From a virus: a stretch of DNA of 64,000 nt. This document shows positions 28,923 through 39,413 of the stretch, piece after piece. The stretch covers positions 17,119 to 81,118 of the IMG/VR virus record IMGVR_UViG_3300010399_000036, one strand, 5' to 3'. A model generated the notes under the pieces. It saw only the letters and a list, made by a program, of their open reading frames with translations, was not told the DNA's origin and searched no databases. Numbering within the stretch: the first letter of the stretch is position 1; every line of letters begins with the position of its first letter. Position numbers and translations under genes: made by a program.

Positions 28923-29237
28923 TTAGTTCAGCGTCATAGCGGGGTAAATGATTTCGTCTTGACTTGTTAGGCTGCGAATAACGAAATCCTTAGAGCACTG
29001 TGGACACGTCGCAGGGGATAGACCCCGTGAAAAGAAATAGTCAAACCATCCGCAAGTGCATCGACAGACTACGATGGAGATGTCTTCTACGATTACGCCA
29101 TCAGGACTCAGGCATTTGGGACATCCAACTTCGGTACTGACCTTATCGCCAATGCGAGGTACTCCGTTGACAAGGATCGGATCGGAAAGTGAATAGATCG
29201 TATCGCACGAGTCGCAGCAAATTTGAGGGGTGTTCAT
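28923..29237 (-). CDS. double zinc-ribbon protein
   Basis: CDSC, CPKC, CTCG, CPQC. Confidence 0.6.
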   Translation of the reverse strand: MNTPQICCDSCDTIYSLSDPILVNGVPRIGDKVSTEVGCPKCLSPDGVIVEDISIVVCRCTCGWFDYFFSRGLSPATCPQCSKDFVIRSLTSQDEIIYPAMTLN

Positions 29238-29241
29238 AGAG

Positions 29242-29439
29242 TTAATTCTTGTTTATTGGAGGGGAAATGAACGGTCCGTACGTCAAAGGCAAGTCAGGTG
29301 GTCCAATAGCAGCGTTGAGCCACGTTCTCAGGGCGTTCATTGATTCTTCGTCAATCTCTGCGTTGATTGGAATACCGCAAGCGCGTCGTATGGTCGGATC
29401 ATTTAGCCAGTTGCGGAGAACTTCTACTAGATCAGCCAT
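29242..29439 (-). CDS. hypothetical protein
   Basis: Tandem with the 28923 ORF; TATAAT on the minus strand just upstream. Confidence 0.5.
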   Translation of the reverse strand: MADLVEVLRNWLNDPTIRRACGIPINAEIDEESMNALRTWLNAAIGPPDLPLTYGPFISPPINKN

Positions 29440-29455
29440 AGAACAATTATAGCAG

Positions 29456-32400
29456 ATGCCAACCTATCCCGGTGACATTCAAGACAAGCTAGATGCCTTA
29501 CAGGCACTAACTGGTAAAGACCGGAAACCTGCGGAGCTCTGCGCGATATACTGGCCTTCCCCGACTGGCACGAAAGTCTATTCATCTGCGATGTACACAG
29601 AACTCCCTTTCTGGCCTGACCTCGCAGCCGCGATCGAAACGTACTTTGGCGATCCAATTCCGATTACACTCACACTCATACCAGACGGAACCCCCTTCAT
29701 TGACCTACCCCGCGCCGCATCTATCTCCGACGATTCAATAAACCTTACCTTCTCAGACTTTGACGACCAGTTCTCCGATCTCCTCATGGCCTACGGTGAA
29801 GGGTTGAGAGCCGAAGTCTTCTGTTATTGGCCCGCCGTAGACCTTCTGCTTTCGATGTGGCGCGGGATGCTCCATCAGCCCAAGGAAATGAACCGGGATC
29901 AGGTCAAGATTACGGCTACATCGGGCTGGAGAGCGCCTCAGATGCTCGTTCCAAAGCGCCCCTTTGCCACGTCCTGCCCTTTCATCTTTGGCGCGTTCTA
30001 CGCCACGCAGGCAGCAATAGACCAGGCTAAAGGATGTCCCTACAACGCTCATTTGACCGAACTGGAGCGCGGTGGTGCCCCGCTGATCGGCGTTCCCGGG
30101 TTCACTGACTGCCCGCGCCGGGTAAAAGCAGACTGCTCCGAACGCCTCACGGAGCCTGATACCGCAACCCCAACTGAAAAGTTTTGGCCTGGCTTTGAGA
30201 CGCGCGCCGATCCGATCCCTAACAACCAGACCAAAGGACCAAACCTATTAGCGAAGGCAATCGGAAACGAATCCGCTCTATCAGATCCTATTCGCGTTAT
30301 CTTCGGCGAACGCTATGTAAAAGCGCTTTACCTGCTCGCTTTCCGCAATGAACTCGACACGAACCATCCCGAAGACGGCTTTGGGGCGGCACTGTTTGCC
30401 GGGTCAGAAGGTCCAAATCAGGCCATCTGGGAGTTTCGGATCAACGATCAAATCGTCGGCACAGAACACTTTCAACTGCGACTTGGGGAGTTAGGGCAGG
30501 AGCCGACAGACTGGTCTCCTGATGTCAATAGTTACTCTGGAACGGCAGTCGGTTACGGGCGCATTCAGGGAGACTTTACGAATGCTACTGCGTCTGACTA
30601 CTCGGGTTCGTGGCGCACGTTGGGGCTGAATGATGTACGAGTCTTTTCAGATCCGAATACGTACATCCAAGGCTACACGACTAATCGCGTGTGGTGCCTC
30701 TTGCACGTCTTAGCACATCTGCGTTGGGGCTACGGTCAAGACTATCCACGATTCAACATTCAAAGCTTTATTGATGCCGCTCAGTGGTGCGATGAATTCG
30801 TTACCTTGACGGATTCAAACGGCAACACATTCTCAGGTGTACGATCCACATTTAATGCCGAAGTAACAGCTCGAGCCATTCAGCAACAAGTAAAAGATAT
30901 TTGCACTGCCGGCCGTTTAGGTATTCCATTCGAGTTCGAAGGCAAAGATGTTGTTGTGCCGCTGAAAGCAGAAGACCTTGACGATCCCACTATCCCAAAT
31001 TTCACCGACGAAGGTGCGAACCGAAATATCGTTTACGATGGCGCCAAGTCATCTCTCTCATGGTCCGTGATCAGCGACGAGGAGATGACAAACCAATGGA
31101 CCGTGAACTTCGATGATGCATCTAATGCAGGAGTCGACACACAGTTCATCTTCGGGGATCAGGCCCAACAGTTAAGAGCCGGCAGGGCGTGGGGCGATCG
31201 TAGCAAGCGCGTTGTTAACAAAAGTCAGGCCGGCTATGGAATCAACTCCGCACAAGAGGCAGCGCGATTCGGCAATTCCCTTCTCTATCTTGGGCCACTC
31301 GATTCTGGCGGAATACTCAACCCCTTTTCAGTGAAGTTCACAACCTGGTACTCAGAAGCATTCAACGTTCAGAACTACAAACTAATCCGAGTGACCAACG
31401 CGAAGCTGCAAAGTCGAATGAGCGCTTACTTCGCCGCTCGAGGTTTGGAGCCTTATCCCGATGCGGACTTCACCTATTTTCGCGTAATGAAGTACACCCG
31501 CAAAGGCGACTTGAAAGTCGAGATCGAAGCGCAGCAATACGCAACGCTGGACATTGTTCAATCTGAGCCTCCCGTTGAAGTGACTGGTTATATCTATCTC
31601 GGAAACTTCTCCCCACCTTGGGTCACTCGCCTCGCTAAAGACTTCTCATCTCTTGAAACCATCGAGTTCACAAACGATGAAGATAACTTTGGCGCAATGG
31701 CGAGCGATGATGACTACGTTTACATCGTCTCCGGGCATCCATCCGACATTACCCGATTCAGTAAAGCCGCTTGGGGCACATTTGACTCTATGCAAGTAGG
31801 CTCCCATGCCGAAGAAACCACAGACCCGAATCCTAATCATGGTGAGTCGGCATTAGTTGTTGATGACAATTACATATTTGTCGGATTCAATTGCGTTGGT
31901 TCAAGCCACTCGACAGTGCGCATTCACCGTGTACATAAGAGCGACTTTTCAACCAATGACGTACTTGAGATCCCCGGCATCAGCGATGGATGCTTTTCGA
32001 TCGCACAAGACGATACTCACATTTACGCACTTACTGCGGGCAATTTTAGTCCAGCTACTACTGACAAGGTTTGGAAAATCAACAAATCAACTTTCGCTAT
32101 CGAAGGCTCTGCAATTGACCTGGGAGGACGGAATACAGCCGTCAACGCCCAAGCGTTGTGTGCAGATGAAACGACGGTTTATTTATCGTTTGGCTTTAAC
32201 CTCATCAAGATCGATACAGCAGCATGGACCAGCACATCTACTGCAATAGGAATCTTCTGTCGCTGCCTTATTTCTGATGGAGCATTCTTGTGGGCAGGAA
32301 GATCCACAACTCACTACATAACGAAGTTCAATAAGAGCGATTTATCTGTAATAGCGAATATAGATTTAACTGGGGCCGCGGTAAACCGCTTAGGCCAAGA

Positions 32401-32923
32401 TGATGGCTTTGTTTACGCTCTACAATCGGAAAGCACTCCAGAGCCAGAAGTAACCAAAATAGACAAAACGGATCTCTCGATTACGGACTGGCGGGAAGAG
32501 GTTAATCCAGATGATCCGCTTATCTATTCAATGTTCGTGGATGGCGGATCGCTCAGCCTTGATACCTTCTCGGCGCCGCGCGACCTAACCGCTGTTGTAA
32601 ACGCGGTAACAGGCGTGGTCCACTTCCACTGGTCTCCGCCATTAAGGCATCCCGAGCTCGTCACTGGCTACACACTCTATGAATCAGATGGAGTGACAGT
32701 CGCCATGCCCACCGCGCTTGTTTACGACTTTGAACTAACGCTGGCGCCGGGAACTTATACTTACCGATTGAATGCTACTGATGGCGTAACTGTATCAGCG
32801 TTTGTTTCAGTAACTTTCACTGTTGATGCACCACCGATCACTGGCGCGGACCTGTTTGTGATTGATGATTTAACCCTTGAAAACGTCTTTGATGACCTGA
32901 CCATTGAGCAGGTAACGGTATAA
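29456..32923 (+). CDS. tail tip/hub protein with C-terminal beta-propeller and FN3-like domain
   Basis: 1155 aa; Cys cluster in gpL-like N-terminus, PIRVIFGER, TTNRVWCLL..L...RWG, DIC..GR; repeated 'DD.YIY' blades; APRDL...HWSPP....TGY.LY. Confidence 0.8.
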   Translation: MPTYPGDIQDKLDALQALTGKDRKPAELCAIYWPSPTGTKVYSSAMYTELPFWPDLAAAIETYFGDPIPITLTLIPDGTPFIDLPRAASISDDSINLTFSDFDDQFSDLLMAYGEGLRAEVFCYWPAVDLLLSMWRGMLHQPKEMNRDQVKITATSGWRAPQMLVPKRPFATSCPFIFGAFYATQAAIDQAKGCPYNAHLTELERGGAPLIGVPGFTDCPRRVKADCSERLTEPDTATPTEKFWPGFETRADPIPNNQTKGPNLLAKAIGNESALSDPIRVIFGERYVKALYLLAFRNELDTNHPEDGFGAALFAGSEGPNQAIWEFRINDQIVGTEHFQLRLGELGQEPTDWSPDVNSYSGTAVGYGRIQGDFTNATASDYSGSWRTLGLNDVRVFSDPNTYIQGYTTNRVWCLLHVLAHLRWGYGQDYPRFNIQSFIDAAQWCDEFVTLTDSNGNTFSGVRSTFNAEVTARAIQQQVKDICTAGRLGIPFEFEGKDVVVPLKAEDLDDPTIPNFTDEGANRNIVYDGAKSSLSWSVISDEEMTNQWTVNFDDASNAGVDTQFIFGDQAQQLRAGRAWGDRSKRVVNKSQAGYGINSAQEAARFGNSLLYLGPLDSGGILNPFSVKFTTWYSEAFNVQNYKLIRVTNAKLQSRMSAYFAARGLEPYPDADFTYFRVMKYTRKGDLKVEIEAQQYATLDIVQSEPPVEVTGYIYLGNFSPPWVTRLAKDFSSLETIEFTNDEDNFGAMASDDDYVYIVSGHPSDITRFSKAAWGTFDSMQVGSHAEETTDPNPNHGESALVVDDNYIFVGFNCVGSSHSTVRIHRVHKSDFSTNDVLEIPGISDGCFSIAQDDTHIYALTAGNFSPATTDKVWKINKSTFAIEGSAIDLGGRNTAVNAQALCADETTVYLSFGFNLIKIDTAAWTSTSTAIGIFCRCLISDGAFLWAGRSTTHYITKFNKSDLSVIANIDLTGAAVNRLGQDDGFVYALQSESTPEPEVTKIDKTDLSITDWREEVNPDDPLIYSMFVDGGSLSLDTFSAPRDLTAVVNAVTGVVHFHWSPPLRHPELVTGYTLYESDGVTVAMPTALVYDFELTLAPGTYTYRLNATDGVTVSAFVSVTFTVDAPPITGADLFVIDDLTLENVFDDLTIEQVTV

Positions 32924-32927
32924 GCCT

Positions 32928-33653
32928 ATGTCACAACTACACTCATTACTAACAGCCAACCACAGGCCATACGCGGGCGTGTACGCGGACTCTACGGAGC
33001 GGCTCGCGGCGACTGGCTTCGTGCGGGCACTCGGAGGCGGCACGGTTCCTTTCGCAACGGAGGATCTATACAAGAAAGTCCTCCAACTTAACGACGCCTC
33101 AGAATGGATACTTACCGCAATTACGCCAACCTGGGTTCAGGTGTCTGGGGCAGGCTCACTCGCCAACGACAGCATCACAAACGCTAAGATGGCAAACATG
33201 GCAAACGCCACCGTCAAAGGGCGCACGACTGCGGGCACGGGAGACCCTGAAGACCTCACGATGGCCCAACTCTATGCGTTAGTGAAGGGCCAAATTCCCG
33301 TGGCTGTTTCTGTGGCTGCGTCAGATGAATCGACCGCTCTTACCACAGGAACCGCGAAGCTCACGTTTCACATGCCTTATGCCATGACGCTCACGGAAGT
33401 CATAGGCGAGTTGGTAACTCCACAGACTTCCGGGTCTATTTTCACAATCGATGTTAATGAGGCAGGGACAACAATTCTTTCAACAAAAGTCACAATCGAT
33501 AATGGAGAGGAAACAAGTCTGGGCGGTGCCACGCCTCCAGTAATCAGCGATCCGAATCTCGCAAAGGGAGCGAAGATAACTGTGGACATTGATCAGATCG
33601 GAGACGGAACGGCGAAAGGGTTGAAGGTCCATTTGGTAGGTACACTTGCATGA
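32928..33653 (+). CDS. tail fibre/connector protein
   Basis: ITNAKMANMA..TVKGR..AGTGDPEDLT; SDESTALTTGTAK.TF.MPYAMTL...IDQIGDGTAKGLKV. Confidence 0.7.
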   Translation: MSQLHSLLTANHRPYAGVYADSTERLAATGFVRALGGGTVPFATEDLYKKVLQLNDASEWILTAITPTWVQVSGAGSLANDSITNAKMANMANATVKGRTTAGTGDPEDLTMAQLYALVKGQIPVAVSVAASDESTALTTGTAKLTFHMPYAMTLTEVIGELVTPQTSGSIFTIDVNEAGTTILSTKVTIDNGEETSLGGATPPVISDPNLAKGAKITVDIDQIGDGTAKGLKVHLVGTLA

Positions 33654-34351
33654 GCTTCTTGATTAATCCTTATGTGTTTGCGGCAGCAGGCGGAGCCGTA
33701 CTGCCAACGGATGATCTAATCCTACGCCTGGAAGCTGACTCGCTTTCACAATCAGATAACACCGATGCAGATCCGTGGACTGACATCTCACCATCAGCAA
33801 ATCACGCGCTGAAAGGTTCAGGTAGCAATGCTAAGTATCGATCCTCCGTTGATGGCTTACCCGCAATTGAACTGGACGGTACGGATGACTATTTCGATCT
33901 AACATCCAGCATCACCGATGGTCTGTGGACCTTCTTCGCGGTTTATAAACCAACTGGAACGGGAATACGCAGCTTCTTTGGAGGTTCTGTTACCGCTGCC
34001 GCTCAAATGAGAATCGACAGCACCCCGAATGTGAGTTTCGTGAAATCAGGCGTGTCAATCATCGACTCCACTAGTACACCGATCGCTAACAACGCATGGA
34101 ATATTCTTGTTGTTAGTCGCTCCACATCGGTTGCGGGAGTCTTTTACACTAATGGCGTGGTCAACAACGGATTCGCGGCTCAGCCTGCGATGAACGCAAT
34201 CACGCGTATTGGCTCGTCGTTTCAAGGCGCAATCAATAGTGAGTTCTGGAAAACCTATTTCCGTGCTATAGGGTTCTATAGTGTTTTTAAGGATGCTACC
34301 GAGTGCGCGGCAGTAACAAACGCTCTGAATGCAAAGTATGGGGTGTTTTAA
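33650..34351 (+). CDS. LamG/ConA-like receptor-binding protein
   Basis: MSFLINPY start, L.LRLEAD, W.DIS, PAI.LDG.DDY, ending L.AKYG. Confidence 0.7.
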   Translation: MSFLINPYVFAAAGGAVLPTDDLILRLEADSLSQSDNTDADPWTDISPSANHALKGSGSNAKYRSSVDGLPAIELDGTDDYFDLTSSITDGLWTFFAVYKPTGTGIRSFFGGSVTAAAQMRIDSTPNVSFVKSGVSIIDSTSTPIANNAWNILVVSRSTSVAGVFYTNGVVNNGFAAQPAMNAITRIGSSFQGAINSEFWKTYFRAIGFYSVFKDATECAAVTNALNAKYGVF

Positions 34352-34637
34352 GGCGTAACTAATGTATACTGCGCCACTGCTGTGCTCACCTTGATTAAGC
34401 CCATGCAACCAATCCTGTGGGTAGAGAGACACAGAAGAAGCGTAGTGAGCAGTGGAAGTAGCTTCGGGTTGGGCGGCGGGGTTGTTGGTCGTCGTCATCG
34501 CAGTAATCCTCTGTAGATACCAATCAGCCAGGACACATGAGCCAGTAAGCCGCCAGCCAGCACGCCGATAATGAACCATGCGAACCGTGCCTGATTGCAA
34601 TCATGCCCGCTCATCGTTGTCTCCGTCGTTCAGTCGT

Positions 34638-35039
34638 TCACACGGTGTCCTTCACTAGAAAGTACATGAAAACAGGACCGCCTCTTATATTGTTAGAGTC
34701 GGCAGAGCCGGAAAACGGGTCATGCAGCACGTTTGCTTGCATCCCTTGGTACGCCATAACAACCGCATGATTCCAGCCGAGTCCGGTATCGCACGACGCT
34801 ATAAACGGCACGCCATCAGGAAACCAGACTTTACTCGCATAAGCGTCCGCCTGAATCATTAGCAGGACCATGCCGTGACTCTTGCGGAGCCATACGTTTA
34901 GCGGATAGAACCAATCATCGCCCTCTATGTCGTGGATGTTTGGTACTTGATCAATCTCGACTTCGAGTAACGATGCAAGACACGCGGCAAAACAGTCACC
35001 GCGCGACGTGTTAAGAACTTTCTGCCTGATCGGTTTCAT
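34638..35039 (-). CDS. papain-fold (C39-like) cysteine peptidase-like protein
   Basis: Q......GDCFAACLASLL...HAVV...LHDP (Cys-His-Asp order). Confidence 0.55.
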   Translation of the reverse strand: MKPIRQKVLNTSRGDCFAACLASLLEVEIDQVPNIHDIEGDDWFYPLNVWLRKSHGMVLLMIQADAYASKVWFPDGVPFIASCDTGLGWNHAVVMAYQGMQANVLHDPFSGSADSNNIRGGPVFMYFLVKDTV

Positions 35040-35087
35040 TTAGATTCAAAAGACTGTCCACCAATGATAGCGGTGTCTGTCTGCGGC

Positions 35088-35483
35088 TCAGCCATCCCCC
35101 TCACCTCCGTCCGGTTGCTGCGTGGTCCGCTGCTCGCTAGCCGCAGCATTCCACGCTACTCGTAGAATTCCGACTGCGCGCGGCAGTGCCTCAAGTGCTT
35201 CATCCATTTGAATGCTGTAAACTTGGAGTTCCACCCATCTATCGTGAACCTCTCCGGTTACAGTGAACTGCACTGAACGGAACCGATGATCGCCACTGGT
35301 GACGTCCCAAGGAATGAACGCAACGTGTGGAGGTTTTTCATTGCTCGTGCAATCAGGAAACCCATCGAAAACCTTCCACGCCCACCAGCTAACACCTGTA
35401 CGCTTCCATTCGTAGCCGTGTGTTTCAATGTGCCAGCCGTCTACCTTCAGCGTTTCGCGCAAACTGTCTGGCGTTATGCTCAT
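35088..35483 (-). CDS. hypothetical protein
   Basis: Coupled ORF in early operon. Confidence 0.65.
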   Translation of the reverse strand: MSITPDSLRETLKVDGWHIETHGYEWKRTGVSWWAWKVFDGFPDCTSNEKPPHVAFIPWDVTSGDHRFRSVQFTVTGEVHDRWVELQVYSIQMDEALEALPRAVGILRVAWNAAASEQRTTQQPDGGEGDG

Positions 35484-35782
35484 CGTTTCGTCTCCACGTC
35501 CACACCTTCAGCGATGAAGAGACGCATAACTGCTTGTCGAATCTCTGATTTCACGGCCCATCCCTTACGGTGTGACACGTCTCCTCGACTGTTATGTCGG
35601 ACGGTTGTTGGCTCATCAATCGCAGCCAGCACCTTCTGCGCAAGGTCGCGCTTGGCGGCGATAATTGGATCCGTCTCGTTGCGGTCATAGCAAATATAGT
35701 CCAGTGTCACGCCTTCAGGCAGTCGATACGGCCCACACTGCGGACCGTTGAAATAGCTACCCCGTTTCTGTGTCTCGTCCAT
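35480..35782 (-). CDS. hypothetical protein
   Basis: Strong RBS; coupled. Confidence 0.6.
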   Translation of the reverse strand: MDETQKRGSYFNGPQCGPYRLPEGVTLDYICYDRNETDPIIAAKRDLAQKVLAAIDEPTTVRHNSRGDVSHRKGWAVKSEIRQAVMRLFIAEGVDVETKR

Positions 35783-35806
35783 CCCCTCCCTCTCCTTTCA
35801 CTACTA

Positions 35807-35941
35807 TCAGCCTTTCTTGCGATTACGTTTACGTCCATGTCGCTCCTCGGGAGGGGTCAGTCTCCACCACACCCACCCGACGCCGACGACCCAAACCGCC
35901 ATTAGGCAAACCAGTACCAGTATCTCTCGGTAGGGAATCAT
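35807..35941 (-). CDS. single-TM peptide (44 aa)
   Basis: MIPYREILVLVCLMAVWVVGVGWVWWRL plus basic tail; ATGA overlap. Confidence 0.5.
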   Translation of the reverse strand: MIPYREILVLVCLMAVWVVGVGWVWWRLTPPEERHGRKRNRKKG

Positions 35942-36057
35942 TTTCGATTCTCCCGTTTAAGGTCACGGGTGCAGTACATAATCCCCGCAGCCACCTCGAT
36001 CGTAAACGCCGTAACCACAACGGTGGCGAACAACGTTAAGAATCGCAGAAGGTTCAT
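35938..36057 (-). CDS. single-TM peptide (39 aa)
   Basis: MNLLRFLTLFATVVVTAFTIEVAAGIMYC; overlaps both neighbours. Confidence 0.5.
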   Translation of the reverse strand: MNLLRFLTLFATVVVTAFTIEVAAGIMYCTRDLKRENRK

Positions 36058-37775
36058 TTAATCCTTCCTTCTTCACCTTTCACCAACCCTTCCAACTTCT
36101 CCAGCACTTCATCTCTACTGATATAAGGAACTCCATCAAAAGGAAGTACTGAAGCGGCGTTTACGATGTCTACGCAGGATTGGATGGCGGTGGAGTTGGC
36201 TTGCACCGCCCCTGATTCAGCAACGATCTCTATATCGTTGAGTATGTTTTCAAGTACGCCTAAAACACCATCAAGCCGGAGAGCGTCGCGATCAAAACCC
36301 GCCTTTTCTGCGCTCTCTTTCTCAGTTCGGGCAATCGTTATACGTTCTGTGATGTCCTTTTTCGCGGCTTCGACGCACTCCGCGATGGCGTCGGCACGGG
36401 CAGTGGTGAGTTCGGCGCGGAGCTGCGAGACAAGTAGATCCACGCAGTTCCGTCCGGCGTTTTCTGCCACGAGCTGCTGCAAGTCAATACCGCATTCTGT
36501 AGCCCATTTGAAGCACGGCAGAATATAGTTGCGTTCATATTCTTGCCACTTCTTCACGGCATGGGTCAACTCACGTTGAAGTCGGTCTGACCGGCTCGCG
36601 TCGGCAGGGGCGGCGCAATGTTTGGCGATAATCGCAGAGACGAGTTTTACAAGATCGTGGAATTCATCCGGCGCTGTGCCATAAACACGCTGCACAACTT
36701 CCGTCGCCGCCGCTTCTACTGCTACTTGCGTGGCCTCAGATCTAAGCGAGTGCTCAGCGCAACGAATGACTATCCCGCCGTCAATATCCATCTCCCATGT
36801 TGTGCCGACGTTCCCACATTTATCGCACGGGAGATCTGCTCCCTGTTTGTGGAAGATGACCGTTCGCGGATCTAGCTGCATCTCCGCAGTGGCGGGACCG
36901 TCAACTAATTCCCCACGCAACATCTTGGCGTAAAGCGTTCCCAGTTCCTCTCGAAGTCTTTGGTTTTCATCGCACAGTAGTTCGTTGTCTTCTTCGGTGG
37001 CTGGTAGCGTAGGCTCAGTGGGTGGGAAGTGGCGGGAAAGAATTTCGACAACTCTTGCTCTCTCCTTTTTCGAGTCGTCACAGCCCCAACAGCTGTCGCG
37101 ACTACAATCCTTGATGAAGCACGTTCGCGATAAACAATCGGGAACAATCTCCTGAGCCGCACTCGTTGCCCCTTCACCGGGAGCGATAGTGCTCGGCTTG
37201 TCTGCGTCTGGTCCAACGTTTACGCCTGTACCGCACCATGTGCAAAAATGCTTTGTTCCTTCTTGCTTCCATTTGTGGCCGTGAACTAAACAATCAAGCC
37301 CCGGCGATCCATCCTGTGCAGTTCCTCCTGCCGTTGCTGCGGTGGAAGCAGGTAACAACTTGCACGGATGTTCATTGCAGGCCAGGCAAAACGCATCGGG
37401 ATTAGCGGCGTGTAATCCCCCTTCGGCTGCTGCTGCGGGTGGAGTGGTGGGTAGGTGGTCTTCGCACAAGTCACACTTCTCACATTCATTAACTTCCCGC
37501 AGTGCCGCTTCGTAGCCCATTAGGACAGATACGCTCGCACTCGTGTCTCGCTGCCCTCCAGTGCTTGCGCCAGTGGTTGCATCTAATCGCATGTTCATTA
37601 GGTCGCCAATTTCTTCGCCTTGTTTCTCTCTGTTCACGATTGGCTTAACCGTCCGCTGGGCCTTTTCCAGCAAGAGGCAGATGTTCTCTGCTTTTACTTG
37701 GGCTAGTTCGACTTCAACTTCATCGAGTCGTGATGACCTCTGACGCAACCATTCAAACGTCTCAGCTTGGTCCAT
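36054..37775 (-). CDS. large mosaic hypothetical protein with several Cys clusters
   Basis: 573 aa; several CxxC/CxxH modules separated by Ala/Pro/Thr linkers. Confidence 0.75.
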   Translation of the reverse strand: MDQAETFEWLRQRSSRLDEVEVELAQVKAENICLLLEKAQRTVKPIVNREKQGEEIGDLMNMRLDATTGASTGGQRDTSASVSVLMGYEAALREVNECEKCDLCEDHLPTTPPAAAAEGGLHAANPDAFCLACNEHPCKLLPASTAATAGGTAQDGSPGLDCLVHGHKWKQEGTKHFCTWCGTGVNVGPDADKPSTIAPGEGATSAAQEIVPDCLSRTCFIKDCSRDSCWGCDDSKKERARVVEILSRHFPPTEPTLPATEEDNELLCDENQRLREELGTLYAKMLRGELVDGPATAEMQLDPRTVIFHKQGADLPCDKCGNVGTTWEMDIDGGIVIRCAEHSLRSEATQVAVEAAATEVVQRVYGTAPDEFHDLVKLVSAIIAKHCAAPADASRSDRLQRELTHAVKKWQEYERNYILPCFKWATECGIDLQQLVAENAGRNCVDLLVSQLRAELTTARADAIAECVEAAKKDITERITIARTEKESAEKAGFDRDALRLDGVLGVLENILNDIEIVAESGAVQANSTAIQSCVDIVNAASVLPFDGVPYISRDEVLEKLEGLVKGEEGRIK

Positions 37776-37777
37776 AC

Positions 37778-38398
37778 CTACTTCCTTTCAAGTTCTTGGA
37801 TTAGGGCTGACAGCGCCCCGTCGTAGCCATCTGCGTTCCAAAGCGAACTCCGCCTCAGTGCTTTCAGCCGCTCGACATACTCCCCGCACCGCTCACTCAC
37901 CACTGCCTGCTGGAGCAGTGACGCAAAGGTATCTTTAGCCTCTTCATGGTTCTGATAACCTTCGTAGCAGCGTTCAAGGTGGCTTACCGCATGGACCACC
38001 AGGATTGTCTCCCCACAGTTGATGCAGTTAGTTGACAGAGTTCGGCTCTCTGTCAGTTGCTGCTCGCTTACCACGGGTGGCTGGTGGACCAGAGCGGCGC
38101 GGATGTATTCGATCATGTCTCGCTCATTTCGCTCAAGATGATAAACGCCGCCCATGACATCGCTCGCGTAACGAGATCGAATATACAGCCGCTCGGGAAT
38201 ATCATTAGGGATGACAGCGGGTGGGCCTTTACGTAACAAATCAGCCCGCACGTATTCGGTGGTCCCGATGGCGTCTCCCGTATCGTTCCAAAAGGACCGG
38301 TCCCTACCATCTGAATCGATCCAGATCCGCTCCGGTGCCACTCTCCGCCCCACTGGTTGATTGTCGTTAGTCATGGTCGTTGCTTTTCCTCTTCCCAC
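37778..38398 (-). CDS. hypothetical protein with duplicated PER...EY.RA module
   Basis: PERIWI...TEYVRADL and PERLYI...IEYIRAAL. Confidence 0.65.
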   Translation of the reverse strand: MGRGKATTMTNDNQPVGRRVAPERIWIDSDGRDRSFWNDTGDAIGTTEYVRADLLRKGPPAVIPNDIPERLYIRSRYASDVMGGVYHLERNERDMIEYIRAALVHQPPVVSEQQLTESRTLSTNCINCGETILVVHAVSHLERCYEGYQNHEEAKDTFASLLQQAVVSERCGEYVERLKALRRSSLWNADGYDGALSALIQELERK

Positions 38399-38571
38399 TC
38401 CGCAACCTCTTGCTCTGTCGCCACACGAAACGCTCCGTTGCCATACTCAATTATATGTTGCTGACAGGTAACACACTGGAAGATGTCGCCTACAGCAATA
38501 CCGCGCAGTCGCTCAGCCGCTCTCATGCAGCAAATGTAAAGGCCGGGTCTGTCTGGTTGATTGTTGCTCAC
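38371..38571 (-). CDS. small zinc-ribbon protein
   Basis: CC...CVTC; similar to the 51381 ORF. Confidence 0.55.
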   Translation of the reverse strand: MSNNQPDRPGLYICCMRAAERLRGIAVGDIFQCVTCQQHIIEYGNGAFRVATEQEVAEWEEEKQRP

Positions 38572-38738
38572 TGGTCGTTGCCTTCCCGTTCCTCACGAAT
38601 CGCCTGTTGAACATCCTCACGGCGATAAACCTTTCCACAGCACGGACAGCGCAGCGAATCTCCCATGTCGATAACTTCGTAATCCGCTAGTACGTCAATA
38701 CCGCAACACTGCTGCTCACCCTTTTCACCCATCACCCT

Positions 38739-38990
38739 TCACCGCCTTTCCAGCTTCGCGCTCGCTGCCCACTTGCGCACTTGGGCCATGCAATCGTCAA
38801 GTGATCTAAAACTCCTGAACTTCGGTTCTGACTCCAAGTAGCCAACCTTGATTGTCGTGACTGAGTTCACTTCTGGCCCATCTTGGCAGTCGGCAGGATA
38901 GAAAGAGTCCTCGCGACGAATCGTAATGGCCTTACCGGGAAACGCTTGTCGTAGTTCGGTTAGCGCGGATTTAATCTCACTGTTACTCAT
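38739..38990 (-). CDS. hypothetical protein
   Basis: ORF in coupled chain. Confidence 0.55.
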   Translation of the reverse strand: MSNSEIKSALTELRQAFPGKAITIRREDSFYPADCQDGPEVNSVTTIKVGYLESEPKFRSFRSLDDCMAQVRKWAASAKLERR

Positions 38991-39413
38991 AATCGCACAT
39001 TATTTCGGCGCTCATACCGACTATGTTTTCCAAGCACGGCGGACAGTACCGCTTGCCACAGCAGTTACCATCTGAGCAGTTGAACGTAATCCAACATCTC
39101 TCACTACGGAGACAACTGTCAGTCTTCGTTGATAGTTCACAGACATGTTTATGTGTCCCACTCATTCCCCTACTCCTCCCGTTTCTTGCCGGTGTGCTGG
39201 CCCAAGGTCTATTCTGGCCCCATCGCCTCATACATCGCCGCTCTATAACGCGCCTCCTGTTCTTCTTTGCTTATCAGGTTAACTGGCCCACACAGCACAG
39301 GAATTGGGCAGTTAGGCGAGCAGGTATAGCCATCGCAGTTCGGATGATGTTCTGAGCGCGTATGCCCGTCTGGTGGTACGTCAATCTCAACTATCTGATC
39401 ACAGTGTTGACAT

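Noticed and set aside
34055-34600. 181-aa minus ORF overlapping the receptor-binding gene
   Set aside because: About 300 nt antisense overlap with a well-supported gene; probably run-on of a short terminal ORF
35829-36020. 63-aa track ORF
   Set aside because: Two coupled membrane-peptide ORFs in other frames (35807-35941, 35938-36057) fit the operon better
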